Source: Deltaproteobacteria bacterium (lineage in GTDB: Bacteria; Desulfobacterota; Binatia; Binatales; Binataceae). Taken from it: DNA of 64,000 nt. Positions within the stretch are counted from its first letter, which is position 1, and every line of letters starts with the position of its first letter. Location of the stretch: assembly GCA_021780755.1 (NCBI GenBank), contig JAJXYF010000008.1, positions 66,621 through 130,620 on the forward strand, in the 5' to 3' direction. Positions 9,691 through 19,276 of this stretch are shown in pieces. A program made the position numbers and the translations under genes. The notes under the pieces were generated by a model, which worked only from the letters and a program-made list of their open reading frames with translations, had not been told where the DNA came from and did no database searches.

Positions 9691-11184
9691 ATGGCACGCC
9701 GAGGCAAAGTGGGCGCCGCCGCGAACCCGATCGCGACCGCCGCGCATGGACTGCCGGTGGTGGTGCTGGTGGGGCGGGCGAACGTCGGGAAATCGACGCT
9801 GTTCAACCGTATTGTGCGGCGCGGGCGGGCGATCGTGAGTCCGATCGCGGGGACCACGCGCGACCTCAATATGGGACGCGCGGTTCACGAAGAGCGTGAA
9901 TTCGTGGTGATCGATAGCGGCGGACTGGAACTGTACGCGCGCGAGCATACCACCGAGCGCGCGGTGGAAGAGGCCTTGCGCGCGGTGGCCGAAGCGGACG
10001 TGGTGGTCTTCGTGATTGACGGGCGCGCGGGAATCGCGAGCGGCGACAACGAGGCGCTCGCGCTGATTCGCGAGACCGGGCGGCCGACGATCGTGGCGGT
10101 GAACAAAATCGATCGCCCGAGCCATGAAGCGGCGGCTGCGGACGCATACGCGCTAGGGGTGCCGAGCGTGACCTTCGTCTCAGCGGCGCATGGGCTGGGC
10201 GTCGGCGAACTGCTCGATGCGATCGTGGAGCAACTACCGGCGCGCGAGGCCACGCCCGAGACTCTGCCCGATTTGCGCCTTGCGTTAATCGGCCGACCAA
10301 ACGTGGGCAAGTCGTCGCTGCTCAATCGGCTGGCCGGCTTCGATCGCGCGATCGTTGACGACCGGCCGGGAACGACTCGCGACCCGGTGGACGTGCGCCT
10401 GAGCGCGGACGGACGCGACGTGCTGCTGATCGATACCGCCGGCATTCGCCGCCCGACCAGGGTCGAGGGCGACCTCGAACACCATTCGGTAGGCCGCGCG
10501 ATCGAGGTGATTCGACGGGCCGAAGTACTAGTGCTGGTGATCGACGCGACCGAGGGAATCACCGACCAGGACGTGCGGCTCGCGCGGTTGGTGGAGAGCA
10601 ACGATCGCGCGATGGTGATCGTGTGCAACAAGTGGGACGCGGCGGCGAAGCTCGACAAACATGTGCCCGGATTCGTGCGCGACACTTACCGGCGCTATCC
10701 GTTTCTTGATTTCGCGCCGATGGTGTTCACCTCGGCGCTGACCGGCGACGGCGTGGAGAATATCCTACCGGCGGCGATTCGGGCCGGGGCGTCGTGGCAT
10801 TCGACTTTCCAGACCGCGCTGTTGAATCGGATACTGGCGGAGACGATCGCGGAGCTGGATCCGCCGTTGGTCGGACGGCGCCGGCTGAAATTGATGTATG
10901 TGACGCAGGTCGGCAGCGCGCCGCCGCGGCTGGCCTTCTTCACCAACCTCGAGCACGACATCCCGGCGCACTTCATCCGGTTTCTCGAAGGGCGCTTTCG
11001 CGTCGCGTTGGGATTGGAGTGCGTGGGCACGCCGCTGCGACTGGAATTTCGGCGCACGGGCCGATCGTGGGCGGAATCGCGCCAGGCGCGCGGGACCGCC
11101 GATGCGCCGCCGGCGAGCGGCAGCGAGGCACGACCGCGTCGTGGCCGCGCCACGGCGGGCGCGCGCGTCCGCAAGAAAGTCTGA
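9691..11184 (+). CDS. der: ribosome-biogenesis GTPase Der (EngA), two tandem G domains plus KH-like domain
   Basis: Two P-loops (GRANVGKSTLFN and GRPNVGKSSLLN), two DxxG and NKxD motifs. The era-der adjacency is typical. Confidence 0.85.
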   Translation: MARRGKVGAAANPIATAAHGLPVVVLVGRANVGKSTLFNRIVRRGRAIVSPIAGTTRDLNMGRAVHEEREFVVIDSGGLELYAREHTTERAVEEALRAVAEADVVVFVIDGRAGIASGDNEALALIRETGRPTIVAVNKIDRPSHEAAAADAYALGVPSVTFVSAAHGLGVGELLDAIVEQLPAREATPETLPDLRLALIGRPNVGKSSLLNRLAGFDRAIVDDRPGTTRDPVDVRLSADGRDVLLIDTAGIRRPTRVEGDLEHHSVGRAIEVIRRAEVLVLVIDATEGITDQDVRLARLVESNDRAMVIVCNKWDAAAKLDKHVPGFVRDTYRRYPFLDFAPMVFTSALTGDGVENILPAAIRAGASWHSTFQTALLNRILAETIAELDPPLVGRRRLKLMYVTQVGSAPPRLAFFTNLEHDIPAHFIRFLEGRFRVALGLECVGTPLRLEFRRTGRSWAESRQARGTADAPPASGSEARPRRGRATAGARVRKKV

Positions 11185-11480
11185 ATACACATTATCGAGA
11201 GCAAAATCGCGCCGGCCCGATACGTCGGGGTCGCGCGCGGGGAACGCAAGCGCCTGCTGAGGCGCTACATCGAGCGCGCCGCGCGTGTGCCCACATATAT
11301 GCGGTGTCGATCGCGTCCGGTCTGGAGAAGCTACCGGCGGCGCTCGATCAGATCGAAAGATCGATTCCCGGATTCACACCCCAGTCGACGCATAGGGGTG
11401 GCTCATTCCGGTGCACGGATCCTCGCGCGCTTCTGGCGCAAGCAGTTGTCCACGGCGGCCTTGAGATGGTGGCGATTAGC

Positions 11481-11496
11481 TTGTAGTACACTACAA
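11481..11496. promoter_or_regulatory. perfect 7-2-7 inverted repeat TTGTAGT-AC-ACTACAA, candidate operator ~90 nt upstream of the LLM oxidoreductase gene
   Basis: Read directly: ttgtagtacactacaa. Half-sites are exact reverse complements. It sits in a 400-nt intergenic region downstream of der. Confidence 0.3.
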
Positions 11497-11586
11497 CGAT
11501 CCAGCCGCGAGGCTCGTCGAAAAAAGGGGCGGCGGCGATGACGCGATTCGGTGTCATCGGCGCGGATCGTGACGGAGGTTACGCGG

Positions 11587-12474
11587 ATGAAAATTGGTTT
11601 TTTTGCGGTGGGAATCGCGGATACGGCACGGCCGGAAATGATCACGGCGATTGCGACCAACGCCGAACGTCTTGGTTTCGCGACAGTGTGGGCGCCCGAG
11701 CACGTCGTGCTGCTGGAAAATTTCGCCTCGCGCTATCCGTATTCGGGCGATGGCAAAATACCCATTCCGACTACTACGCCGCTGCTCGATCCGTTCGTCG
11801 CGCTGACCTATGCCGCCGCGCATACCAGCCGGATCCGCCTCGCGACTGGAATTTGTATCCTGCCCGAGCGCAATCCATTGGTACTCGCCAAAGTCGCGGC
11901 ATCACTCGACTATCTGAGTAATGGGCGCTTTGCACTGGGTATAGGCATCGGTTGGCTCGAAGAGGAATTCAAGGCGATTGGGGTGCCGTGGGCAAGGCGA
12001 ACGGAACGGACGCGCGAGTATGTAGAGGCTATGCGCAATCTGTGGGGCGATGAGCGCAGTAGCTATAGCGGTGAGTTCGTCAACTTCGAGAATGCGCGGA
12101 GCTTTCCCAAGCCGGTACAGGGGCGAGGGCTGCCAATTCTTGTGGGCGGACAGACGGAGCCTGCGCTCAGACGTGCGGCTGCATACGGCGACGGCTGGTG
12201 CGGATTTAATCTGACGCCGGAAGAAACCGCGAAGAAAATCGCGCGTCTGCGCGAGTTAATGAAAGACGCCGGGCGAGTCCCGGACAATTTTGAATTTTCA
12301 ATGTCGCCGCCGGCTGCCGCCACTGCGGCCGAACTCAAGCGCTATCGCGACGCGGGTGTCGATGAGCTCTACCTTTCGCCCGTATTGCAGAAGCCTCCGG
12401 GGAGTATCGCGGAACTCGAGCGGATGCTCGAAAGCTTTGCACGGGAGTGGGTTGAGCCCGCGGCGAAACTATAA
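11587..12474 (+). CDS. LLM-class (luciferase-like monooxygenase fold) flavin/F420-dependent oxidoreductase
   Basis: Bacterial-luciferase-like TIM barrel (MKIGFFAVG...GFATVWAPEHVV...). GGAGG RBS 8 nt upstream of ATG 11587. Confidence 0.7.
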   Translation: MKIGFFAVGIADTARPEMITAIATNAERLGFATVWAPEHVVLLENFASRYPYSGDGKIPIPTTTPLLDPFVALTYAAAHTSRIRLATGICILPERNPLVLAKVAASLDYLSNGRFALGIGIGWLEEEFKAIGVPWARRTERTREYVEAMRNLWGDERSSYSGEFVNFENARSFPKPVQGRGLPILVGGQTEPALRRAAAYGDGWCGFNLTPEETAKKIARLRELMKDAGRVPDNFEFSMSPPAAATAAELKRYRDAGVDELYLSPVLQKPPGSIAELERMLESFAREWVEPAAKL

Positions 12475-12515
12475 CGTGGGAGCGCGCGCCGCGAGGCCAA
12501 TCAAGTCAGGGGAGA

Positions 12516-12863
12516 ATGCCGATGGTAAAATTCATCATTTGCGCAAGGCGCAAGGCGGGGCTGACTCGTGCAGAATTCAGTAACTACTGGCGCAATCAGC
12601 ATGGCCCGCTGGTGAGGAGTGTTCCGGAGTTCATGCGGCACGTGCGCAAGTACGTGCAGTGCCATCTGGTCGCAGGTGCGGCGCCCTTCGGCGGCGAGCC
12701 GGCGTATGATGGTGTTGCGGAGTTATGGTTCGACGACCCGGAGGAGATTACGCGGGCCTTCAACGAACCCAGGTATCTCGAGATCATTCGTCCGGATGAG
12801 TTGAAGTTCGTTGACATCACGAACTGTATATCCTTCATCACAGAGGAAGTTCCGATGGCGTAG
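12516..12863 (+). CDS. EthD-domain protein (dimeric alpha/beta-barrel)
   Basis: ~113-aa protein with EthD-like pattern (KFIICARRKAGLTRAEFSNYWRNQHGPLV ... AYDGVAELWFDD). Confidence 0.5.
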   Translation: MPMVKFIICARRKAGLTRAEFSNYWRNQHGPLVRSVPEFMRHVRKYVQCHLVAGAAPFGGEPAYDGVAELWFDDPEEITRAFNEPRYLEIIRPDELKFVDITNCISFITEEVPMA

Positions 12864-12896
12864 GCTGACGCAGCCGCGCGCCACGAATAATCGAAC

Positions 12897-12933
12897 TGAG
12901 TAGTCGCGGCCGGGGCCGGCCGCGACTACGGTC
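12897..12933. terminator. GC-rich perfect inverted repeat (stem ~12-14 bp) between convergent genes, candidate bidirectional terminator
   Basis: gtagtcgcggccgg gg ccggccgcgactac lies between the EthD stop (12863) and the MBL gene stop (12938). Confidence 0.45.
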
Positions 12934-12937
12934 GAAA

Positions 12938-13828
12938 CTACGCAATCACGAAGCGGAATGAGTCGTCTTTTCGGACTATTTTGCCGGGCGCCGGCATCGC
13001 GAAATGCGTTCCGAAGACCAAGGTCTTGCCGTCGGCGTAGCGCTCGCAGAATGCACGCCGCGTCTTCTTCGCCATCGGCCCGTCATTGTCGAAGTTGTCG
13101 TCCCATTCGGGATAACAGCATTGAACTGGATGATGCATCAGGTCGCCAGTGATGACGGCGTCTTGGCCCTGGGATGCAATCCGAATCGCGAAATGGCCGG
13201 GTGTGTGGCCGGGCGTCGATTCGAGCCATACCTCGTCGGTCACGCGATGTCTTTCGTCAACCAGATCGACCCGTCCCTCGGCCATCACGGGACGAACCGA
13301 GTCGTCAACCGGATCCTTGAAGAAGGGGTCCTCGCTGCGCGAGAAGAAATCCCATTCGGTGCCGCCGATTAGATACTTCGCGTTGGGGAACGTCGCGACC
13401 CATTTGTCATCCTTGAGCATCGTGTTCCAGCCGACGTGGTCGATATGCAGATGGGTGCAGATGACGCGGTCGATTGATTCACGCGGATAGCCAAGCTTGC
13501 GCAGGTCTTCCAGGAACGGCAGTTGCAGCTTGTTCCAGGCCGGATTCGAGCGCACTTTGTCGTTGCCGATACAGGTATCGACGATAATGCGCTTTCCCTG
13601 TGACTCGATCACCAGCGAATGGATACTCATATTGAGCTTTCCTTTTTCGTCGGAGAAGGTCGGATAGAGCCAATCGCGTTCTTTCTTGATATTTTCGCGG
13701 GTCGCATCAGGCAAGAGAAAGGTGCCGTCCCACGGACCTTCCGATTCAACAATACGGGAAATCTTTACGTCACCGATATTCCATTGGTTCACGCTGTCAG
13801 CTCCTTGATCGAATGAAGCACGACTCAC
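12938..13828 (-). CDS. MBL-fold metallo-hydrolase (AHL-lactonase-like)
   Basis: Metallo-beta-lactamase zinc motif HxHxDH (CTHLHIDHVGWN) and downstream His/Asp ligands. 296 aa. Confidence 0.7.
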   Translation of the reverse strand: MSRASFDQGADSVNQWNIGDVKISRIVESEGPWDGTFLLPDATRENIKKERDWLYPTFSDEKGKLNMSIHSLVIESQGKRIIVDTCIGNDKVRSNPAWNKLQLPFLEDLRKLGYPRESIDRVICTHLHIDHVGWNTMLKDDKWVATFPNAKYLIGGTEWDFFSRSEDPFFKDPVDDSVRPVMAEGRVDLVDERHRVTDEVWLESTPGHTPGHFAIRIASQGQDAVITGDLMHHPVQCCYPEWDDNFDNDGPMAKKTRRAFCERYADGKTLVFGTHFAMPAPGKIVRKDDSFRFVIA

Positions 13829-14016
13829 GGTCCGCGCCGAGGTTTTATCTAGCTTGCTTATGACTATGCGAGCAAGTGCATGGTCGCGGGCTGGATCGTA
13901 GCGGGCGGATTCGATTGCGAGAGACCAACGAAAGGGGGCGTTTGCGGAGCGTCGCGTGCGGTAGTAAATGCAGGAGGGAAACGCGTATCAGGTGCGCGTG
14001 CTAATGGGAGGTTCAG

Positions 14017-15042
14017 ATGTTGAAGATTGGCTTGATGCAGGATTTTCGCAACCCGCGCGAATGGCGCAGACCCAATCCCGAACTCTACCGGGCGATCCTC
14101 GACCAGATCGTTCGGGCTGAGGAACTTGGTTACGATAATGTCTGGCTGACCGAGCATCATTTCGCGGAGGACGGCTATAATCCGTCGCTGATGCCCACCG
14201 CCGCGGCAATCGCGACGCGCACCCACCGCATCCGGATAGGTACCTTCGTGCTGCTTTTGCCATTTCAGCATCCGGTGCGAGTGGCCGAAGATGCGACTTG
14301 CGTTGATATCTGGTCGAACGGCCGCTTTGATCTCGGCGTCGGACAGGGCTACTCCTACAAGGAGTTCAACGCGCTGTGCATGAAGCGGGAGGAACGATCC
14401 GCACGCTTCGCCGAAGGGGTCGAGATACTGAAGAGGCTGTGGACGGAGGAGCGCGTCACGTTCGACGGAAAATTCACGAAGATTAAGGAGTTGACGCTCG
14501 CCCCGCGGCCGGTGCAGACCCCGCATGTGCCGCTGTGGCTCGGAGCGCGGACCGAAAAGGCGACGCGGCGCGTGGCCCGCCACGGAGGTCATCTGCTGGC
14601 GACGATTGGGCCGGATCCGGCGCCGTGGTATCTCGACGAACTGACCAAATGCGGGCGGAAACCGAGTGACTATTCAATCGCGCAATTGCGGTTGGTGTAT
14701 GTCGCAAACTCCGAAGATCGGGCGTGGGAAGATACGCAAGAACATATCTTCAGCATGATGGAGTTTTACGGCGACATCCTGGCCGAAGCGAATGACGCAC
14801 CGGGTGACAAGGAAGTATTTCAGTTCAAGTCGCCGCGTGAGCTTCGCCATTCGCCGATGGGCAAGGCGATGATGATCGGAACGCCGGACCAGGTGGCGCG
14901 GAAATTGGAAAAGTTTCGCAAGGACTTCGTTTGCACCCATTTGATATTGAGCACCCAACTGCCCGGACTTGATCCGAAAAAGGGGACCGCGTCGCTGGAG
15001 CTTTTCGCCAAGGAGATAATGCCGTCGTTGCGAAATTCCTGA
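14017..15042 (+). CDS. LLM-class flavin-dependent oxidoreductase (second paralog)
   Basis: Luciferase-like fold (MLKIGLMQDF...LGYDNVWLTEHHF...). Divergently arranged from the MBL gene. Confidence 0.7.
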   Translation: MLKIGLMQDFRNPREWRRPNPELYRAILDQIVRAEELGYDNVWLTEHHFAEDGYNPSLMPTAAAIATRTHRIRIGTFVLLLPFQHPVRVAEDATCVDIWSNGRFDLGVGQGYSYKEFNALCMKREERSARFAEGVEILKRLWTEERVTFDGKFTKIKELTLAPRPVQTPHVPLWLGARTEKATRRVARHGGHLLATIGPDPAPWYLDELTKCGRKPSDYSIAQLRLVYVANSEDRAWEDTQEHIFSMMEFYGDILAEANDAPGDKEVFQFKSPRELRHSPMGKAMMIGTPDQVARKLEKFRKDFVCTHLILSTQLPGLDPKKGTASLELFAKEIMPSLRNS

Positions 15043-15138
15043 GGTCACCGGCGGCGGCGCACCAATTATGATCTCACGCGGAAGACGCGCGGATCATGAT
15101 CGATTGAAGCGGGCTAATCAGCGGGGACGGGTGGCTAT

Positions 15139-16527
15139 ATGAATGCGATCGAGCCGGAAATCGTTGCGCTGTGCAAAAAGCTAATCGCGATACCGAGCGT
15201 GAGCGGGGCGGGTACGCGGCAGATCGCCGAATTCTGCGCGAGAGAAATCCTGGCGCCACGCGGAATCGAAGCGCGCACCATTTCATCGCCGAAGGAAGGA
15301 CCAGACCAAGTCAACCTGGTGGCGTTCGTCGCGGGAGCGCGACACACGGTCGCGCCGCTGCTGCTGAATACCCATCTCGACACGGTGCCGCCGGGCGAAC
15401 CAGCGCTGTGGACCGAGTGCGGCGGTGAACCATTCGAGGCGTCCATCAAGGGCGATCGCATTTACGGTCTCGGGGCGGCGGACACCAAGCTGGATTTTCT
15501 GGCGAAGGCGATCGCACTGGGGCGGCGCGGCGAAGGCGATCGCGATCGCGATGTGTGGCTGGTGGGTAGTTTCGGCGAAGAGCATGGGCTGGTTGGGGCG
15601 AAGGAGCTGGCGACGAGCAACGTGATTCCGCGCGGGGCAATCGCGATGGTTGGCGAGCCGTCGCAATTGAAGGTGGTAACGGCGCACAAGGGCCTGATGG
15701 CATTCGAACTGACTATTCACTTCAGTCCGGTTCGAACTGACAAGGAGATTGAAGGCCGTAAAATTATGTTTACCGGCAAGGCAGCGCATTCGAGTACACC
15801 AGCGCTGGGCGAAAACGCGATCGCAAAGGCGCTGGAGGCCATCGGCGCGCAAATGAAGTCACAAGTCATTTCGATTGACGGAGGTGACGCCGTAAACAAG
15901 GTTCCCGCGCGATGCGAAGCGGTTGTCGCGGCCGATACAGCGACGAGGTTCGACAGGTCTGTCACGGAAACGGTCAAACGCGTTACCCATTTTATCCCGG
16001 CGGAGGCGATCGAGGCTCTCAAGCAATTTGTTCGTGCTCTGCGCGGATTCGCTGATGCTCGCGGACCCGCGGAAGCGGATTATGCGGCGCCGACACTCAC
16101 TTCAAATCTCGGTGTGGTGCGCACGAGCGATGATGCGGTCGTCGTTGAGTTTGAGCTACGGCCGCCGCCTTCGTTGGCGCTGGACGCGGTTCGCGATGGT
16201 ATCAACTCAGTGGTCGCCCGGATCGCGGATAGCGCCCCCGCTCTGAAGCCGCGGCTCGTCGAAAAACGCGCAAACCCCGGATTTCGCAGTGCGAATGGGA
16301 GTGAGGCACTGGAGATGGCGATGGGAGCGTTGGCGCGTGCACAGCTTCCGCTGGAGACCGGCGTGAAGGCGGGATGCACGGAAGCCGGCGTCTATGCGGC
16401 TGCGGGTCTTTATCCGATTGTCTTCGGGCCGGGACCTTCGACTGGCGTGATTCATGCTCCAAATGAGTATAACCTGCTTTCCGATGTTGAAGGCGCGATA
16501 CGCTTTTACAGCGCTCTGCTCGAGTAA
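15139..16527 (+). CDS. M20-family metallopeptidase / deacylase (ArgE/DapE-like)
   Basis: M20 motifs: NTHLDTVP, GLGAADTKLDFLAKA, GSFGEEHG, and a dimerisation-domain insert. 462 aa. Confidence 0.7.
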   Translation: MNAIEPEIVALCKKLIAIPSVSGAGTRQIAEFCAREILAPRGIEARTISSPKEGPDQVNLVAFVAGARHTVAPLLLNTHLDTVPPGEPALWTECGGEPFEASIKGDRIYGLGAADTKLDFLAKAIALGRRGEGDRDRDVWLVGSFGEEHGLVGAKELATSNVIPRGAIAMVGEPSQLKVVTAHKGLMAFELTIHFSPVRTDKEIEGRKIMFTGKAAHSSTPALGENAIAKALEAIGAQMKSQVISIDGGDAVNKVPARCEAVVAADTATRFDRSVTETVKRVTHFIPAEAIEALKQFVRALRGFADARGPAEADYAAPTLTSNLGVVRTSDDAVVVEFELRPPPSLALDAVRDGINSVVARIADSAPALKPRLVEKRANPGFRSANGSEALEMAMGALARAQLPLETGVKAGCTEAGVYAAAGLYPIVFGPGPSTGVIHAPNEYNLLSDVEGAIRFYSALLE

Positions 16528-16621
16528 GCGCGTGAGTTTCTGGCGCGACTAGCCAGTCGGATGGTTAGTAGTGGAGCCGCTAAGTTCGGCGATGTTCACC
16601 GCATTGCAGGCAACGGGAAGG

Positions 16622-17650
16622 CTAGGGAAGAAGGACTGCGTCGAGGTGTTCGCCCTCGTGAACGGACAGCGCCTTGAGAATGTCTGGACTGACTATCATG
16701 CGCCGGTCTTCGACGACCGCGTTCGCCTGCATTGCGCGATAGCCATTTGCTCCATCTTGGGCGATCAGGTGTAACCGAGCCGTGGCCAGATCCGGTTCAC
16801 CGGCGACGACTCTGATAGAGCGGAAGTCCTTGACTGGTACGAGATCCTCGATAAGCGCACCGTAATACGGCCCAGCGTCGAAGGGATCGATTTGCTGCAG
16901 GAATTTCATTCCAGCTTGCTCGAGCAGATGGACCGCCCCGCGGCTGTATTCCGCGACCTGCCCGAGCGATTGGGTAACCTCCTGGGGCAACAGGAACGTA
17001 TAAAGCGGCGATTCGGGGAAGAGGGCGCGGATGAACTCTTTATCGTGACTCGATAACACGTCGGCGTCGCGATAGGAGAGGCCGGTAACCAGACCACCGT
17101 AGTAGTCCCAGAATCGATTGCCGTGATTTGGCGTTGCGGGCGCGAGCATTTCGGCAATAAGGTTTCGCTCGAAGCGTGCGCGATGCCGGGCGATGTACAG
17201 GAATCGCACCCACGAAATTTGCCTGCCGATCCGGGCTGGATGGCCGCGCGACGCAGTATCGACAATCAGGCCGCCAAGTTCGGAGGGTCCGTCCATCGAA
17301 TAGCGCAAACGCAGAAACGGGTGACGGAACATGCGCTGTAGCGATTGTGAGTAACGCTCGTCGGTATCCATCTCGAAGTAGTAATGAGGGGAATCGGGAG
17401 TGCCGTGCTTGCCGATGATCATAGAGGCGGCGACGATTCGGTTGGTGGCCAAATCCTCGGCGCAGAAAATATAGATAGTGTTGGCGTGGCGTCGAAGGGT
17501 ACCGGCGAAAGATTTTGCCGAGCGCTCGAGCGCATCGGCGAGTTCGGACGAATCGGTGGGCAGGTTAATCGAGTCGAGTTCGCGCGCCAGGTGAAGAATC
17601 TGGCGATGATCCCGCGGGACTGCCTGCCGTATGAGGAACGAGGGCTGCAT
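16622..17650 (-). CDS. arginine N-succinyltransferase family protein (AstA-like)
   Basis: Collinear similarity to AstA along the whole length (LIRQAVPRDHRQILHLA, GGLIVDTASRGHPARIGRQISWVRFLYIARHRARFERNLIAEMLA, QIDPFDAGPYYGALIED). Confidence 0.75.
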   Translation of the reverse strand: MQPSFLIRQAVPRDHRQILHLARELDSINLPTDSSELADALERSAKSFAGTLRRHANTIYIFCAEDLATNRIVAASMIIGKHGTPDSPHYYFEMDTDERYSQSLQRMFRHPFLRLRYSMDGPSELGGLIVDTASRGHPARIGRQISWVRFLYIARHRARFERNLIAEMLAPATPNHGNRFWDYYGGLVTGLSYRDADVLSSHDKEFIRALFPESPLYTFLLPQEVTQSLGQVAEYSRGAVHLLEQAGMKFLQQIDPFDAGPYYGALIEDLVPVKDFRSIRVVAGEPDLATARLHLIAQDGANGYRAMQANAVVEDRRMIVSPDILKALSVHEGEHLDAVLLP

Positions 17651-17740
17651 TGGAGTTGGATTACATGCTAACACCGCGTCGGCCCGCGAAAAATGGAAAT
17701 ATCACGACGGCGGATCTGGTCATGGATGAGATCGGTCGCA

Positions 17741-18739
17741 TCAGGGTTGCGCGGGGAAGAGGTTTTGATAGCTGCGAGCGGCACGAAAGGCAGCCACAGA
17801 CGGGCTGGAGGGCAGTTCTTCGGACGGTCCCAGATCGAGGATCATGCACTTGATTGAGCCGCCGCCCTTGGCGAGGAACTCGCTCACGTCGATTAGCACC
17901 GGCTCGACGGCGCGTTCCTGAAGCTGGCGGCACAGGTCGGCGCTTACCCCGTGCGGCATCAGCAGGAAGAGTCGGCCGTCGTGCTCGATTTGAAATGAGT
18001 TTGCGGCGTATAGCGCCGCATCGGCGGCGGGCAGTGGGAGCAGATTCACGCCGAATGCGGCGCGCAGGACTTCGCGCGATCGCGGCGCCAGGCCTTCCAT
18101 GTAAGCGAGGAGGAATTCGCGCCGTCGGCCGAATGAACAGAGGACAGTATCGCCGTGGTAGTGGGCCTCGAGGGTCAATTCGAGGGGAAGTATGGTCCTG
18201 CTGCCGGCAATCCTCGTGAGTTCGTCGAGCGCGGTCGCATCCGAGCGAAATCCGTAAATCCGTTTCCAGGGCGGGAGGCCGAGGCGCGGCACGAAGCGCT
18301 GCCGTTCGATTCGGCCGTGCGTAAAGAGCATGTAGTCTCCGGCGGGAAAGAAATCGGCCTCGCCCTCGAAGCGCGCCTGAATGTCGCTGGTAGCTAAGCC
18401 GAGTGAGCGGAGGAAAGGCCGATAAACCTCACGCTCCGGCGCGCGGGTGGGCAAGAGGTTGGCGAGATGAAAGGTTTTGCGATCGGCGGGGGGTCCTTCC
18501 AGCGGATAGAGGAAGCCGGCGTTGGCGGGATAGACCAGACCGGACAAGTGCTCGTGCGGTTCGACCACCAGCACCTCCGTGCTGTATGCGAGCAGGGTCT
18601 TCGCCATCGAATGCCATTGTTGGCGCGCGCGCGGCGCATCGACGGTTTTTTTTATCCCCACGACGTTACGGGTGTGAGGATTGGCGCCGCCTCTAACAGA
18701 GAAGTAGCGCGGGTCTCCCATCAGGATGGTGCGTGACAT
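17741..18739 (-). CDS. DDAH-like / amidinotransferase-superfamily guanidino-group hydrolase
   Basis: C-terminal catalytic Cys motif (EFLAKGGGSIKCMILDL) and internal blocks resembling dimethylarginine dimethylaminohydrolase (DFFPAGDYMLFTHG, HGDTVLCSFG, AANSFQIEHDGRLFL). Confidence 0.65.
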   Translation of the reverse strand: MSRTILMGDPRYFSVRGGANPHTRNVVGIKKTVDAPRARQQWHSMAKTLLAYSTEVLVVEPHEHLSGLVYPANAGFLYPLEGPPADRKTFHLANLLPTRAPEREVYRPFLRSLGLATSDIQARFEGEADFFPAGDYMLFTHGRIERQRFVPRLGLPPWKRIYGFRSDATALDELTRIAGSRTILPLELTLEAHYHGDTVLCSFGRRREFLLAYMEGLAPRSREVLRAAFGVNLLPLPAADAALYAANSFQIEHDGRLFLLMPHGVSADLCRQLQERAVEPVLIDVSEFLAKGGGSIKCMILDLGPSEELPSSPSVAAFRAARSYQNLFPAQP

Positions 18740-18817
18740 CTTATGTGATCATTGACTATGCCGGCCAATGGAGTCTAGACAGATCGAGAGTGCGCGATAG
18801 CGGAGGGCCTTCGAATT

Positions 18818-19276
18818 ATGAGTGCAAACGATCTCGAAAAGCGAATCACGGTACTCGAAGATATTGAGGCGATTAAGCAGTTGAAGGCGCGATATTGCGC
18901 GATCTGCGATGACGATCACAATCCCGACCAGATTGCGACGGTGTTTGCGGAAGATGGGATTTGGGAGGGCGGCGAGTTCGGCAAGGCGCAGGGGCATCAG
19001 GCGATTCGCAAGCTGTTCGAAGGGTTCCGGCAGTTGATCAGCTTTTCGCAGCACAACCTGATGAATCCGATTATCGAGGTCAAGGGCGATCGCGCGAAAG
19101 GCACGTGGTACTTGATGGGGCCGTTCACATTTCGTGAAAAGAACGACGCCAAGTGGTTGGCAGCGGCCTACGAAGACGATTATATAAAGGTGAACGGGGA
19201 ATGGAAGTACCAGCACCTGCGCGCGATTATCAGGATGGCGGCGCCGTACGCAAAGGGCTGGGCCAACAAGGTTTAG
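18818..19276 (+). CDS. SnoaL-like / NTF2-like domain protein
   Basis: 152-aa alpha+beta cone-fold pattern (LEDIEAIKQLKARYCAICDD ... DGIWEGGEFGKAQGHQAIRKLF ... VKGDRAKGTWY). Confidence 0.6.
   Translation: MSANDLEKRITVLEDIEAIKQLKARYCAICDDDHNPDQIATVFAEDGIWEGGEFGKAQGHQAIRKLFEGFRQLISFSQHNLMNPIIEVKGDRAKGTWYLMGPFTFREKNDAKWLAAAYEDDYIKVNGEWKYQHLRAIIRMAAPYAKGWANKV

Noticed and set aside
10-11250. Numerous long antisense or out-of-frame ORFs overlapping the core genes (e.g. 10-507-, 598-1137-, 2584-3348-, 4504-5754-, 5043-6827- [594 aa], 6763-7209-, 8180-8809-, 8679-9869-, 9885-10685-, 10695-11249-)
   Set aside because: All are Arg/Pro/Ala-rich with low complexity, typical of open frames opposite GC-rich genes. 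Each overlaps a gene with clear family signatures on the other strand or frame. None has an RBS or family motif.
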